NCBI GenBank assembly: GCA_054600435.1
Contig: BAAIJX010000078.1
Span: 48,673-68,672, forward strand
Length of the DNA: 20,000 nucleotides
Direction of reading: 5' to 3'
Origin: Neophaeotheca triangularis
Lineage: Eukaryota
The notes beneath the pieces are model-generated. The model searched no databases, was not told the origin of the DNA, and was given only the letters and a program-made list of their open reading frames with translations. Of the stretch, positions 1 through 10,687 are shown one piece after another. The first letter of the stretch is position 1. Each line of letters begins with the position of its first letter. Position numbers and translations under genes: made by a program.

Positions 1-234
1 CGACGGGAGATTGTTCACATCCTCCCTCTGCGCCCTCCAACGTTTCTATTCTTGACGACAGCGCCGTCGCAGACTCCTCCGCTTCATCTTCGCCCAAGGC
101 ACAGCACGTGAAAGAGCGGGTTAAGTGAGGACGGGTCAATTTGTCGCGGAATGCCGCAACGGTCGTCAGATACCCGCTTCGTACCTTAAACCCCGTACGA
201 CTGCTCGTCGGCCACCATAGCCAGCCAGCTCAAA

Positions 235-2888
235 ATGAACGGCGACCTCAGTCTCTCCCAATCGCTCGGTGGCCTGCGAATTGCCAACCCGGACAGTGAC
301 GACGAAGCCCTTGCCTCTCCCCAACAACCAACCCCTGCCGCGCGACGACCACCACACCCTTCCTCCCGCGACTCTGAAAGTACCATCACAGGCGGCAATA
401 GCTCGAGTACAGTGCCAAGCATAAACCACGACTCTTCATTGTCAGAATATCACAACCAGCGATTCGAACCAGACGAATTTTCCCTCCAGAATACCCAGCG
501 ACACTCTCAGTCACCGGCTGCCTCGCAATATGGGAGCTATCAGTCCCAGCCTGGCCAAAGCCCTAGGATGAGCTTGCCGCCAGAGGGCCATGGGCATCCG
601 CCCCGACGGTATCCATCTTATACTTCGGAGCATAGTGGACCGTCTCGGAACCCAGGGCCATCCCCACGCCCTATCAGTGGCATGTACACACAGCCGAACA
701 CGTCCTCGAGCTCTCACATTTCAAGTCAAGGGTCTCACAGATTCCGTGACGACACTTACTCATCCGACGGTAGCGTCAACGGGCTTGCAAGGAGTGGGTC
801 CAGGTCAGCAAGGCAGATGGTGGGTTCCACGCCCTCAAGACAAGGCAGCAACAGGGTGTACCGAGGGGATAGCCAACAGATTGGCGGCAATGGACCGCTG
901 CCTCCTCGACGGAACTCGAAGCGAGCCAAGCCGCAAATGGCTGGCGGGCCGCAGTACGACCCAAACGTACCGTACGCAGGGTCGGCGCCGGTGCCAAAGA
1001 CAGCAGATGAGTGGAGAGATAGGGGAGGAGCGACGTCGGTAAGGCAGGAAACAGATGCGGCTGGTAATACACAAACACGGATATTAAAAAAGGGACCCAA
1101 GGACTTTACATTCGGCCGCACGCTGGGCGAAGGCTCGTACTCGACAGTACTCGCAGCAACCGACCGACAGACTCTGAAAGAGTACGCTATCAAGGTACTC
1201 GACAAACGTCACATTATCAAAGAGAAGAAGGTAAAGTATGTGAATATTGAGCGAGACACTCTGAACCGATTAACGGAGCACCCTGGCGTTGTGCGGCTTT
1301 ACTACACGTTCCAAGACGAACGAAGTCTATACTTCGTACTTGATCTGGCCACCGGCGGCGAGCTCCTAGGCGTGCTGAAGAGAATGGGAAGCTTCGACGT
1401 TGAGTGCACAAGATTCTACAGTGCACAGATACTGGACAGCATAGCATACATGCACTCAAGAGGAGTCATCCACCGCGATTTGAAACCCGAGAATGTACTG
1501 TTGGACAAGGACATGCACGTGAAGATCACAGATTTCGGCACTGCGAAGATTCTTTCAGATCCCAAAGCCACAGGATCGGCGCAAGCAGACGAGGGAAATC
1601 CGTTGGATGGCTCAGAGTCAGACCGAGCGGTCAGCTTTGTAGGGACGGCAGAATACGTCAGTCCGGAACTGCTGCGCGACAAGAACGCCTGCAAGGCGAG
1701 TGATTTATGGGCTTTCGGTTGCATCATGTACCAATTGCTGGCTGGAAGACCGCCATTCAAGGCCAACAACGAGTACCTCACATTTCAGAAGATACTGGCT
1801 CTGGAGTATACCTTCCCCGAAGGCTTCCCGCCAGTGGCCCGGGACCTGATAGAGCGTTTGCTAGTACTCGAGCCCTCCAACCGGCTGCCCATAGAGCACG
1901 TCAAGAACCATCAGTTCTTCGATGGCACTCAGTGGGGGAAGCTGCTCTGGCGGCAGAAAGCACCTCGTCTGAAGGCGTACGAGCCTCCCGCCTCCCAGCC
2001 CATCAGGCTAAACGGTAACGGCAACCCAAATGGCGGCTCTTACGGGGCCATTTCCGCCGGCACGTCAACACAGCAGAACCACACACCGTCTCCGCCACAA
2101 CACCATCAGTATCCAGGGCCGAGACCGCAAATGAGAGGGATCACCGAGCTCCCGCCTCCCTCCCAGTTGGATATCGACTGGTCCCCCGTGCTAGGCAACA
2201 ATGAGCGCATTCTCAAGCTCGGTAACCTCATGGTACTTTCATCGCCACAATCGGACGCGCCAGCCGGCACGCCCACAGAGAAACCCAAGTTTTCACGCTT
2301 CTTCAGCAGCGGGACAACCAAGAAGCGCGAAAGGCTTGTACTCATCACGAGTAGTGCACGGCTTATCATAGCGGCGGCGGGAGGAAACGAGAAAAAGGCA
2401 AAGCTAGAGGTGGAATTGTTGAGGAACGGGTGTCAGTGGAAGAGCTTCAAGGACGTGAAAGGATTGACGGGGTGGTGCGTGGATACGGTAAGATTTGCTA
2501 TGCTTTCACCGTTGTTGGTGCTTGCAAAAGTTGGCTAACGTATTGTTCGCAGCGTGAGAAGCATTTGTCGTTCGAAGACCCACGCGCTACGCCTTCCGAC
2601 CCCCAAGGATCGCACTACTCGACGAATGAATGGCTTGAATCGTTGGAGCGGGCACGCGAGCTCGCCCTTTCGCAGAGCCAGTCCACGTATTCGGGCGAAG
2701 ACACTGTCGGCGACCTTCAATCGCCTTCACAATCCGGCGGCATAGGCGAGGGCGATCAGCCGCGAGCCACGCGACACACACTGCGCAAGAACAGCGAGCT
2801 TGGGGGCGGAAGTCCCTCGGACGACGGCAAGGGGAGGAAGCGATTCAGCAAGCGACACAGCAAGAGCGGGCTCGCAGCGGTGTTTTAG
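235..2888 (+). CDS. ksg1: PDK1-family (Pkh1/2, Ksg1) Ser/Thr protein kinase with C-terminal PH-like region; exons 235-2487 and 2553-2888, about 862 aa
   Basis: Kinase motifs LGEGSYSTV, YAIKVL, HRDLKPEN and DFG, plus the PDK1-type activation segment RAVSFVGTAEYVSPE. Removing intron 2488-2552 joins ...WCVDT|REKHLSFED... in frame with ORF 2430..2888. Confidence 0.95.
2488..2552 (+). other. Spliceosomal intron (65 nt, phase 0) of the kinase gene
   Basis: Donor GTAAGA at 2488, branch point GCTAAC at 2534-2539, acceptor CAG at 2550-2552; splicing restores the reading frame. Confidence 0.92.
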
Positions 2889-3563
2889 TAGTGCCCGATG
2901 CTTGCGCTGCCGCTGCTCGGTCTGCTAGCCAGCACATATATGCCCTGAGGATACAGCAACAAGGGCGCGACACGATGGTTTACGATTTCTACACTTTCCC
3001 TTGGCCCTGCACTGGGCCCCTTTTTTTTATATCCTCCGACGTTTGACCTAGGAGATGCGATATCCCTTTCTCACTCTTGCTCAGGGGGTTTTGAGCGATT
3101 GGCGTTCTAGCGTGTTGGTGGAGGGCTTTTTTATTTGTCAAGGGATGGATGCATACACACGGGCACGGGGAAGATTGGGAACAGCCTTTACTGCATGAGT
3201 GAGGCTTTAGAATGCCGGACAAGGCACGCTTGTTTTTCGTCAAGATAGAGCGGGCGTGTAGAGCGTGCATGCTGTTCAGCGGAGGATAAGGGTACATAGC
3301 TGTAGCCATAGCCATTCGGTTGTGCATACTTGCAATGGCTTTCAAGTCAAGAGGCTTTATGTTTTCATCTTCGGTACCCGTTCCCTTCCTGTTGCGGTCT
3401 TCCATGGGATGGATGGGTCCACAGCCACTTTCTTCACTATCGATAAGCCACACGTGAGCTCGGACCAAACGCAACTCAAGGCAGGTGCCAGTAGTCAACA
3501 CCGGGGAACTTCCTGCACAGCAACGTCACAAACAGTCGCTGCACGTTAATCTCACACTCGGGT

Positions 3564-3601
3564 TCTACTCTACCTTACTCTACTCTTCTCTACTCTACTC
3601 T
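3564..3601. repeat. Degenerate (CTACT)n pentanucleotide / CT-rich tract upstream of the J-domain gene
   Basis: tctactctaccttactctactcttctctactctactct. Confidence 0.7.
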
Positions 3602-4027
3602 GTCTCGCTCGCTGGCTATTGACTTCACATCCTTCCTCTTCGCTGTCCCTCTTCGGCTGTCCCGCGATTAAGGGGGAAAAGAGAGGGCGGAACGTCACTG
3701 AGCAGCCGACCAGCAATGTTTACTGGCGCAGCCAACTAAACCCGACCACTGGCAGGACATTACCTTACTACTACTCTGCTCACTCACTCGCGATTCTCAC
3801 GCCTTGCTCGCGTACTCAATCACCGACTCCTGCCCACCCCGGCATTACGCGCAACCCCGTGACGACCAATTACTCTCCGCCAAGCTCCGCCGATTTACAT
3901 GCACCGCCTGAGTCCCCGTGACACGACATACCTAGTGACTCTGCTATCTTCCGACCCTCCATGCTACCACCTCCACTGCTTTGCTCTCTAATTACATCTC
4001 CCATTCGCGCCTGAACCAGCTGCCAAG

Positions 4028-7000
4028 ATGGTCAAGGCAGATGTCAAGCGTAATTACTACGCGGATCTGGAAGTGTCTAACACGGCAAGCGTGGAGGAGA
4101 TTAAGAAGCAATACAGGAAGCTGGCATTGGCCTACCACCCGGACCGAAATGCCGGCAAAGAGGAGGAGGTCATACCCAAGTTCCAGGCTATTCAGGCAGC
4201 GCATGAAGTCTTGACAGATCCTGTTCAAAAGGCAGACTACGACAACGCTCGGCGCAGCGCCGGCCTCTATCCAACATTCAACCGCAACAGGCCTGGCGCT
4301 GGTACTGCCGGGTCTACCGGTACCACGGGAAACCCCTACCAAGCTTCTTCGAATTTCCCACCTCCACCGCGCCGCACTCAACCAGGTACCTACAACCGTC
4401 CTCCGCCCTACAATGCTGGCAATGCTGGCAAAACGCCCAACGGTGCAGATCGCTTCTCCAGCTTCCCCAAGCCTTCCGCTTCACAACAGCGCTCCGATCC
4501 TGCGCAAGATCGCACCAACATGTTCAGAGCTTGGCAGAATATGAACACTCCTCAAGATCGTCAGGGGCGACCCGGACAGACGAGAGGAGGCGCGACAAGC
4601 GCAGGCAGAGGAGCGCCAACAGGACAACGGCCAACACCTCCACCAAGACAAGGTACAACGTATCCTACAGAAGAGGACATAAAGGCAGGCATGAACTACA
4701 CGCGCGGTCCTCCGCCGAAACCACCGCCTCGCAACCCGGAGACCAACTTCAAGAACTATCAAGAGAGCCATGGTACAGATTCCGCGGAGAAGACGAGGAC
4801 AGCATGGCAGTCATTCCAGGCTAGCGGAGGTAAGGCCGGCGTTGGTCGTAGCAAGACCACGCGCACACCACGAAGGGGAGGCTTTGATCCGAGTGCGCCA
4901 GGCTCCGATGAACGCCCTGCAAACGGAAGCTACACAAATGCCAGGCACAAGTCGGACGATATGGGCAGACCATTCGATGGGATGCCTCCCCCACCACCTG
5001 GTCCACCTCCGCAGGCTCCCGGATCCGTACCCACATCCCCTGATCAAAGTCGTCAGCGACCTCATCCTGATCCTCTAAGACCATTCCAAAGCCGAGAGGA
5101 AGATGCGCCCTATTCCGAAGGCAATCGCAGACGTACTCCCTATAGTTCGTTCAGCGGCGAGAAGACGGATTTTGGAAGCGATATGCGCAGGTCTGCAAGC
5201 ACGCGCGACACGACAAAGCTCCACGAACAGGGCACACAGTCTGGATCTGGACAGGGCAGGCACAAGAGCACGAGTCCTCCTGGTCGTCAGAACCGCAATA
5301 ACGCTCAGCAGGCTCCTACTGGACAACCACATCGTAAGCCATATACGGAATACAGCAGCAACAGTGATGGGTCTAGCGACGAAGACTCACCTCAAACAGG
5401 CAGGTTTGGACAGACTGCGGGCTCGAGGACTTCTCATGGTAGACCCATGGCGACGCCCAGAGCTAGCAACTACTCTAACTCTAACACCCCATCCGCGGGT
5501 GCGGGTGAAACAAGCAGGCCTCCCACTGCTACGGATGGTGCACAGTCAGACGGCGGTGCCTTTGGACAACGCCCAGAGAGCAACGGCAACATGTACGTGA
5601 ATCCTTCTAGTGTTCCCCTCAAGCGCAAATCCCCCATGCACAGCTTTCCTTACTCAGAGGTATGGTCTCTTAGCATGTTCAATCTGCCTGAGACAGACAA
5701 CGGGTACTATAAGAAACAGAAGCACACTATCTGCGCCATCCCAACATGGGCGCTTCCGAGCACAGTAGTACCAATGACCTGGAACAGTAAACGTCAGGTT
5801 CCAGCATCGTCGATTCGTGCCCAGCAGATCGCTGAGAGGGTGGCTGCACGAGCCGCTCTTAACCAGCTACAGTCTATGCTCGTCATTGAGTATGGCGGCG
5901 ACGAAGGGCTGGATATGAACGTTTTCTCCGAGCTCGTCATCATGTACGAGGAGGGCTGCTCAACCGGCCACTCCCGCCTCGACGAGATGCTCAAATTCGT
6001 CTTCAAAACCCATCCTGACGCGCTCACCAAATCTACCACGCACACGGCAGCTAACCAGAGCTCTTTTGGCAGTTTCAACTTCCCCGCTGGTACTGCCGAG
6101 GAGACTTTGTCCTCGCCCGGTGCCAAAAGTCGCAGCGAAGAGAACATTAACACCAAGTTCTCGCCAGGAGGCTGGAACGGTACTTTCCAAGGGACAGGCG
6201 ACTACTTTGCCCCACCGCCCATGGCCGGCAAGAAGTCTGTGTCGCCTACCAGACGTCAAGGACAGCGTTCGAACTTGAGGTCCTCGACCACTCCCGGGGG
6301 GCCTACGATTCCGGCTGCCGCAAACGAGGCTCCGACAGGTGTACCTCCGCAGCAAGATCCCACGGAGGCGAATGGTTCTCAGCCCGCTCAAGTACCACCA
6401 AGCAGCGACGCCCGCTTCAATAAGGACACCTGGGCGCAGACTTTCAAGGAAGCCGATTGGGTTTTCCCACCACCGCCCCCCGGCAATCCACCAAGCCCGT
6501 CAAAGCCTCCCAGCCGTAGAGTTCCAAGTCGCAAGTCTAGCAGGGCCGGCAGTAAAAATACCGCTGCGGGCTCCAAAGCCCAGCCGCATGTGGTCGATGA
6601 GACAGAAGAGCCCACCACGGTCGAGGAGCCAAATTCAGCTGTACCAGACGACATTGACGCCATGGACATTGACAACACGCCGCCTCCCGCTCGCCAGGCT
6701 ACCCAAGCACCCCTGCCAAAGGCGCCAACCGCTGAGAATGTAAGTTTCAAAGGGCCACGCCTATACCCTATCCCCACGTCGCCATGGCACCAACAACAGC
6801 AAAAGCAGCAAAACGGCCTTTCAACGCAATCACCCCCGCCAAACCCGCAACAACAAAACCAAGACAATCTCAAAACCAACCTCAACGACATGGCCAACGT
6901 CGCCCCCTTCGCCCAATACTCCGAAGGTCTCTCCAGCTTCTCCGACGTCAGCGCCTCGCTCCCCTTCAAATCCGCTGCCTCGTCCGCTGGCCCTTCCGCC

Positions 7001-7450
7001 CCGACTCCAAAGGCCGACGACGACGACCCACATCACCGCAACCTGCAAACACCCCAACTACCCAAAGCCCCCGACGCGCCGCCCAAACTCTCCAAACGCG
7101 CCTGGTCCGAGTACGTCACCCGCTTCGCCGCCTACATGCGCGCTTACACCACGTGGTCCGAAACAATGCTCAACCACTTTGTCGCGCGCACTTTCCAGGT
7201 CGACGAGCGCCTCAAAATGGGCAACAACTGGCTCGAGGCTTCTGGGGACGTTACAGGTGGTGGTGCTGGTGGGGGGGAGATGGGTATCGGCGGCTGGGCA
7301 GGGTATATGTCCGGGCTGCGCGAGGATGGTGTGGTTAGAGAGAAGTGGGTCGTTGGTTGCGAGAGGCATGCGGCGGCTTGTGTAGGGTTCGAGAAGGTTA
7401 GGGAGAGAGTGAGAGCGTTGGCTGCGAATGGGACTTTGCTTGAGGGGTAG
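4028..7450 (+). CDS. Large J-domain (DnaJ class C) protein: N-terminal J domain, long Pro/Ser/Gly-rich disordered middle, helical C-terminal region; 1140 aa unspliced or 980 aa if 5593-6072 is spliced
   Basis: N-terminus NYYADLEV...EEIKKQYRKLALAYHPDRN...FQAIQAAHEVLTDPVQKADYD contains the HPD motif. No Gly/Phe-rich linker or zinc finger is seen. The ORF is continuous. Confidence 0.9.
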   Translation: MVKADVKRNYYADLEVSNTASVEEIKKQYRKLALAYHPDRNAGKEEEVIPKFQAIQAAHEVLTDPVQKADYDNARRSAGLYPTFNRNRPGAGTAGSTGTTGNPYQASSNFPPPPRRTQPGTYNRPPPYNAGNAGKTPNGADRFSSFPKPSASQQRSDPAQDRTNMFRAWQNMNTPQDRQGRPGQTRGGATSAGRGAPTGQRPTPPPRQGTTYPTEEDIKAGMNYTRGPPPKPPPRNPETNFKNYQESHGTDSAEKTRTAWQSFQASGGKAGVGRSKTTRTPRRGGFDPSAPGSDERPANGSYTNARHKSDDMGRPFDGMPPPPPGPPPQAPGSVPTSPDQSRQRPHPDPLRPFQSREEDAPYSEGNRRRTPYSSFSGEKTDFGSDMRRSASTRDTTKLHEQGTQSGSGQGRHKSTSPPGRQNRNNAQQAPTGQPHRKPYTEYSSNSDGSSDEDSPQTGRFGQTAGSRTSHGRPMATPRASNYSNSNTPSAGAGETSRPPTATDGAQSDGGAFGQRPESNGNMYVNPSSVPLKRKSPMHSFPYSEVWSLSMFNLPETDNGYYKKQKHTICAIPTWALPSTVVPMTWNSKRQVPASSIRAQQIAERVAARAALNQLQSMLVIEYGGDEGLDMNVFSELVIMYEEGCSTGHSRLDEMLKFVFKTHPDALTKSTTHTAANQSSFGSFNFPAGTAEETLSSPGAKSRSEENINTKFSPGGWNGTFQGTGDYFAPPPMAGKKSVSPTRRQGQRSNLRSSTTPGGPTIPAAANEAPTGVPPQQDPTEANGSQPAQVPPSSDARFNKDTWAQTFKEADWVFPPPPPGNPPSPSKPPSRRVPSRKSSRAGSKNTAAGSKAQPHVVDETEEPTTVEEPNSAVPDDIDAMDIDNTPPPARQATQAPLPKAPTAENVSFKGPRLYPIPTSPWHQQQQKQQNGLSTQSPPPNPQQQNQDNLKTNLNDMANVAPFAQYSEGLSSFSDVSASLPFKSAASSAGPSAPTPKADDDDPHHRNLQTPQLPKAPDAPPKLSKRAWSEYVTRFAAYMRAYTTWSETMLNHFVARTFQVDERLKMGNNWLEASGDVTGGGAGGGEMGIGGWAGYMSGLREDGVVREKWVVGCERHAAACVGFEKVRERVRALAANGTLLEG
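5593..6072 (+). other. Candidate in-frame, stop-free intron (480 nt, phase 2) within the J-domain gene
   Basis: Donor GTACGT at 5593, branch point GCTAAC at 6050-6055, short pyrimidine run, acceptor CAG at 6070-6072; length divisible by 3. Confidence 0.6.
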
Positions 7451-8083
7451 GTGGTGCGTTACTTTTGTGAAAGGTTTGGGGTAAGGGAGGATGGGTGTTT
7501 TGTTTACGGAACTGGCGTGATTACGGGGGAAAGGCATGACATGGCATGGCAGCACAGCACCGGCGTTTTTGCTTTCCTCGGGACGCGGCCGCTACAGTCG
7601 GTCTCTTGCATAGCGAGGCAAGCGGACGAGTGGACGGCCCTTGAGCGTTTCCTACACAAACGCACGCTGCTCTTGCCGCGGCCATTAGCCACTCGCGGGC
7701 GCCACAAACCACGGCGCCTTCGGCCTTGTTGCGATTGCACGTTTGCCTTACTGTCTCTTTCTTTCTCTTCTTCTCCCCTTTTTAAACCAAAGTTCAGCGA
7801 TGGTAGGCAGGCAAGCTTTTCCTTTTGAAACTCAAACGAGTGGATGATGGCCGAGTCCTTATCAATCTACTTTGTCTTTTCTTCTCTTCTCTTGTTCCAC
7901 TTGCATACATACATACATATATACATACTCGCTAGCACGACCATACATCATCATCCCAGCCGCCGCCGCCGCCGACCGCGGGCCCCTTTTGTCTGCAATC
8001 CGACCGAGGGCGTAGTACTAGCTAGCTAGCAGCGCGACGGGGGCCTGTGCTCTCGTTTCCGTCGACTGCTGTTGCGGGTTGCG

Positions 8084-8125
<42 letters not shown>
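8084..8125. repeat. (ATT)14 microsatellite between the converging J-protein and protease genes
   Basis: Perfect trinucleotide run read directly from the sequence. Confidence 0.97.
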
Positions 8126-8282
8126 TTGGTATTGGTATTGATCAATTGGGACGAAAAGGGAACAGACGACTTGAGAAAGGCGAAGAACTGAGGATTCCTT
8201 TTCATTCCTATCGTGTAGTATATACTACTCATAGACACCACGCCTGAGCGACGCAAGCCAACCCAATGCAATGAAAACCCCC

Positions 8283-9204
8283 CTAATTCCCCCGCCTATA
8301 AGCTCTATACCGATGAAACATCCTCTTGGCCTGCTTGGGCGTGAAGTGATCCATGCAAGCATCAAAACTATAATCCATGAAATTGTGGATACTGTCCAAG
8401 CCCTTGCGATCGGGACAGCTGTCCTTGCCGGTCGGGCAAGCGTAACTGGGAGTCGACTGACGCGGGGTATCGGGGACGTAGTCGCCGCCGCCGCTGCAGG
8501 AACTGCCTTGGAAGACGTGGAAGATGCCGAGCCAGTGGCCCGTCTCGTGCACGGCGGTGGCGCCGAGGTCGTAGTTGGCGAAGCTGCCGCCGGGGAGGCT
8601 GTCGGCGGCGTTGACGCAGCCGTCGAGCGTGCGTTCCAGGCTCGTCGGGTTCGGCACTGGGAAGTAGCAGAATCCGAGCAGCCCGTCGCGGAGGCGGGAG
8701 AAGAAGTAGAGGTTTAGGTCGGCGTAGGTGCCTTGGCGGAGTTTTTCTTTGAGTTGGATTTCGAGTTCGTCGAAGTCGGCGCCGCTTGAGGGGTCCAGGC
8801 CTGGTTCTACCGTGAAGTCGAGGCTGATGTAGTTGAAGGAGAAGCCGGTGGAAGCGTAGGCTTCGTTCATTTTTTGCATCTGGGTGGGTGGGGGTTAGTG
8901 GATGGTATTTACAGGTGGAGACGGGTCTCTGTCAACGAACCTGTTGCTCAACTTGCTCCTCGGTGTAAGCGCCTTCTCGGTCGGGCGAGGTGACAATGTG
9001 GACGTACGTGTTGACATTGGTCGTCTGCACCTTGCCCTGTCGGTTTTCGAGATGAAGAGAGTCGTCTCGAGCATCGATCTCGGGGTCTTCGTTCATGAGC
9101 ACCACAGGGGGTTCAGGAGCACCACAGCGTGTGAAACCATCTGGGTCCTGGGCGACGGCCAGAGTCGCCAGAGCGGCCGAAGCCAGCGCGAATGCTACCT
9201 TCAT
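8283..9204 (-). CDS. Secreted zinc metalloprotease, family M43B (pappalysin/ulilysin-like, fungal MEP1 type); exons 9204-8941 and 8879-8283, about 286 aa
   Basis: Signal peptide MKVAFALASAALATLAVA and a propeptide RCG motif. Zinc motif HETGHWLGIFH, D-x-V-x-DTP and Met-turn NFMDYS are present. First ATG is at 9204 (the ORF-track start at 9213 is TTG). Confidence 0.94.
8880..8940 (-). other. Spliceosomal intron (61 nt, phase 0) of the M43 protease gene
   Basis: On the minus strand: donor GTTCGT (8940), branch point CTAAC (8898-8894), acceptor CAG (8882-8880); joins EQQ|MQKMN in frame. Confidence 0.92.
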
Positions 9205-9320
9205 GATAGGCAAGTCGATCGCAAGAAGGGGGAAGGAGAGTGGACGACTTCAAGGACAACGTATAGAGAGGATGTTGAAGAGATGAGCAGATGGCGAACC
9301 TACCGACCAGCGAGAGCACA

Positions 9321-9326
9321 TTTATA
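9321..9326 (-). promoter_or_regulatory. Probable TATA box of the M43 protease gene
   Basis: TATAAA on the minus strand about 117 nt upstream of the ATG, followed by CT-rich leader sequence. Confidence 0.5.
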
Positions 9327-9624
9327 CCCCCAACCCCTCTCGTCCTCGCAAAAAGGTGCCCAACATATACACACCTGCCTTCCTATCTCGACCCAAAGCT
9401 CGCGTGACATGGGCCAGCCAAGAAAAAGGCGCGAGTGCTTGGACAATAATGCAATGCAACCCTGTGGCCATCAGAGTTCTAGAGATAGACCAAGAGAGAG
9501 CACGAGACGTCCAATCTCTCCCCACGGGCGACGGAAGCGGGTGAACAGACTCCAGTCGACTCTATGACCTGCATCAAGTCTACGAGCTAGTGTACAAAGA
9601 TCTACAGCGCCAGTATCGCGCCTT

Positions 9625-9659
9625 CCGAGTCGAGTTCGAGTTCGAGTCCGAGTCCGAGT
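9625..9659. repeat. Degenerate (CGAGTY)n hexanucleotide tandem repeat
   Basis: ccgagtcgagttcgagttcgagtccgagtccgagt. Confidence 0.8.
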
Positions 9660-10375
9660 GGTGGATGGCGGCCCAGGCGAGAAGAAGGTCTTTCATCACG
9701 AGACCGAAGGACTGCGGTGGTAACGTAAGCTGTTGTTGTTATTATTGATTGATGATGGTGGCAACCTAGGTGTGTGGTGATTCGGTGAAGCTCAGTGGTC
9801 CAGAGATGCAGTGATGCAGTGGGTTATTAGGTAGAGTGTGGAGGGAGTATCGACAGAGTTCACCGGGCCGTTTTTGGTGGGAGAATGCCTCGGCTTGTCT
9901 AGGCGCGATTAGGAAGGCAAGGAGAGCTGGTCTGGAGTCTCTCACTACTGTGACTGTCTGTACCGTTCGTGGGTGACTTCGGGCCAGAGATAACGATTCT
10001 TGTTTTCTCTTCCTCTTCTGCCGTTAAGAGATAAGAGGTTGTCTTGCGTGCAGATGGTCTTGTCTGCAAGCAGGCATAGCTCCGGCTGTCATTTCATCTC
10101 ATCCTCATTCTCCCCACTTGTACTACTGCATCTAGTAGAGAACGAGGCATGGACAGCTGTTATATATTGTCTTGCGAGCGATGAGGGCCGTCGGCATAGG
10201 GGCATCTCTAGCAAGACGCTGCTACCGCCACCACTCACAAGGCGCCGGGCCAGGTTGCTATGCACAAATAATGCACCCATGGGTCTGGCGACGGCGGCGG
10301 ATATCTGAAGGTCTGATTGTGCAGAGCAAAAGCATCATAGCACAGGACACTGCCGACGGAAAGGTTGAGTAGATT

Positions 10376-10453
10376 GCAGAGTAGAGTAGAGTATAGCAGA
10401 GCAGAGCAGAGCAGAGTAGTAGAGCAGAGCAGAGCAGAGCATAGTAGAGTAGA
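10376..10453. repeat. Compound (GCAGA/GTAGA)n pentanucleotide microsatellite
   Basis: gcagagtagagtagagtatagcagagcagagcagagcagagtagtagagcagagcagagcagagcatagtagagtaga. Confidence 0.9.
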
Positions 10454-10610
10454 ACAAAGCAACCAGAGACAGCCAACCTATTTTTACATATAGTAAAACC
10501 ATACCCTTCGTCCATCAAGGTGGTCATCCACACGTAAAAAACTTAGCAAGTCTACAGACAGACAGGCGGGGGGTCCTTCCTACGGCCCACAAGCAGTACA
10601 AAAACAACAA

Positions 10611-10623
10611 CCCCCCCCCCCCC
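10611..10623. repeat. Poly(C)13 homopolymer
   Basis: Direct read. Confidence 0.9.
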
Positions 10624-10662
10624 TGACCTTCGCTACAAGCACGCAAGACCGGCACGCCATTG

Positions 10663-10687
10663 TAGCATAGCATAGCATAGCATAGCA
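10663..10687. repeat. (TAGCA)5 microsatellite
   Basis: tagcatagcatagcatagcatagca. Confidence 0.92.

Noticed and set aside
2989..3501. 170-aa minus-strand ORF between the kinase and J-protein genes
   Set aside because: Starts at GTG, has no recognisable motif, and lies antisense to the probable kinase 3' UTR.
8026..8271. Poly-Ile and poly-Tyr ORFs
   Set aside because: Artefacts of the (ATT)14 microsatellite.
8902..9567. 221-aa plus-strand ORF
   Set aside because: Antisense shadow of protease exon 1 and its promoter; no domain features.
10235..10533. LLCSA-repeat ORFs
   Set aside because: Translations of the pentanucleotide microsatellite.
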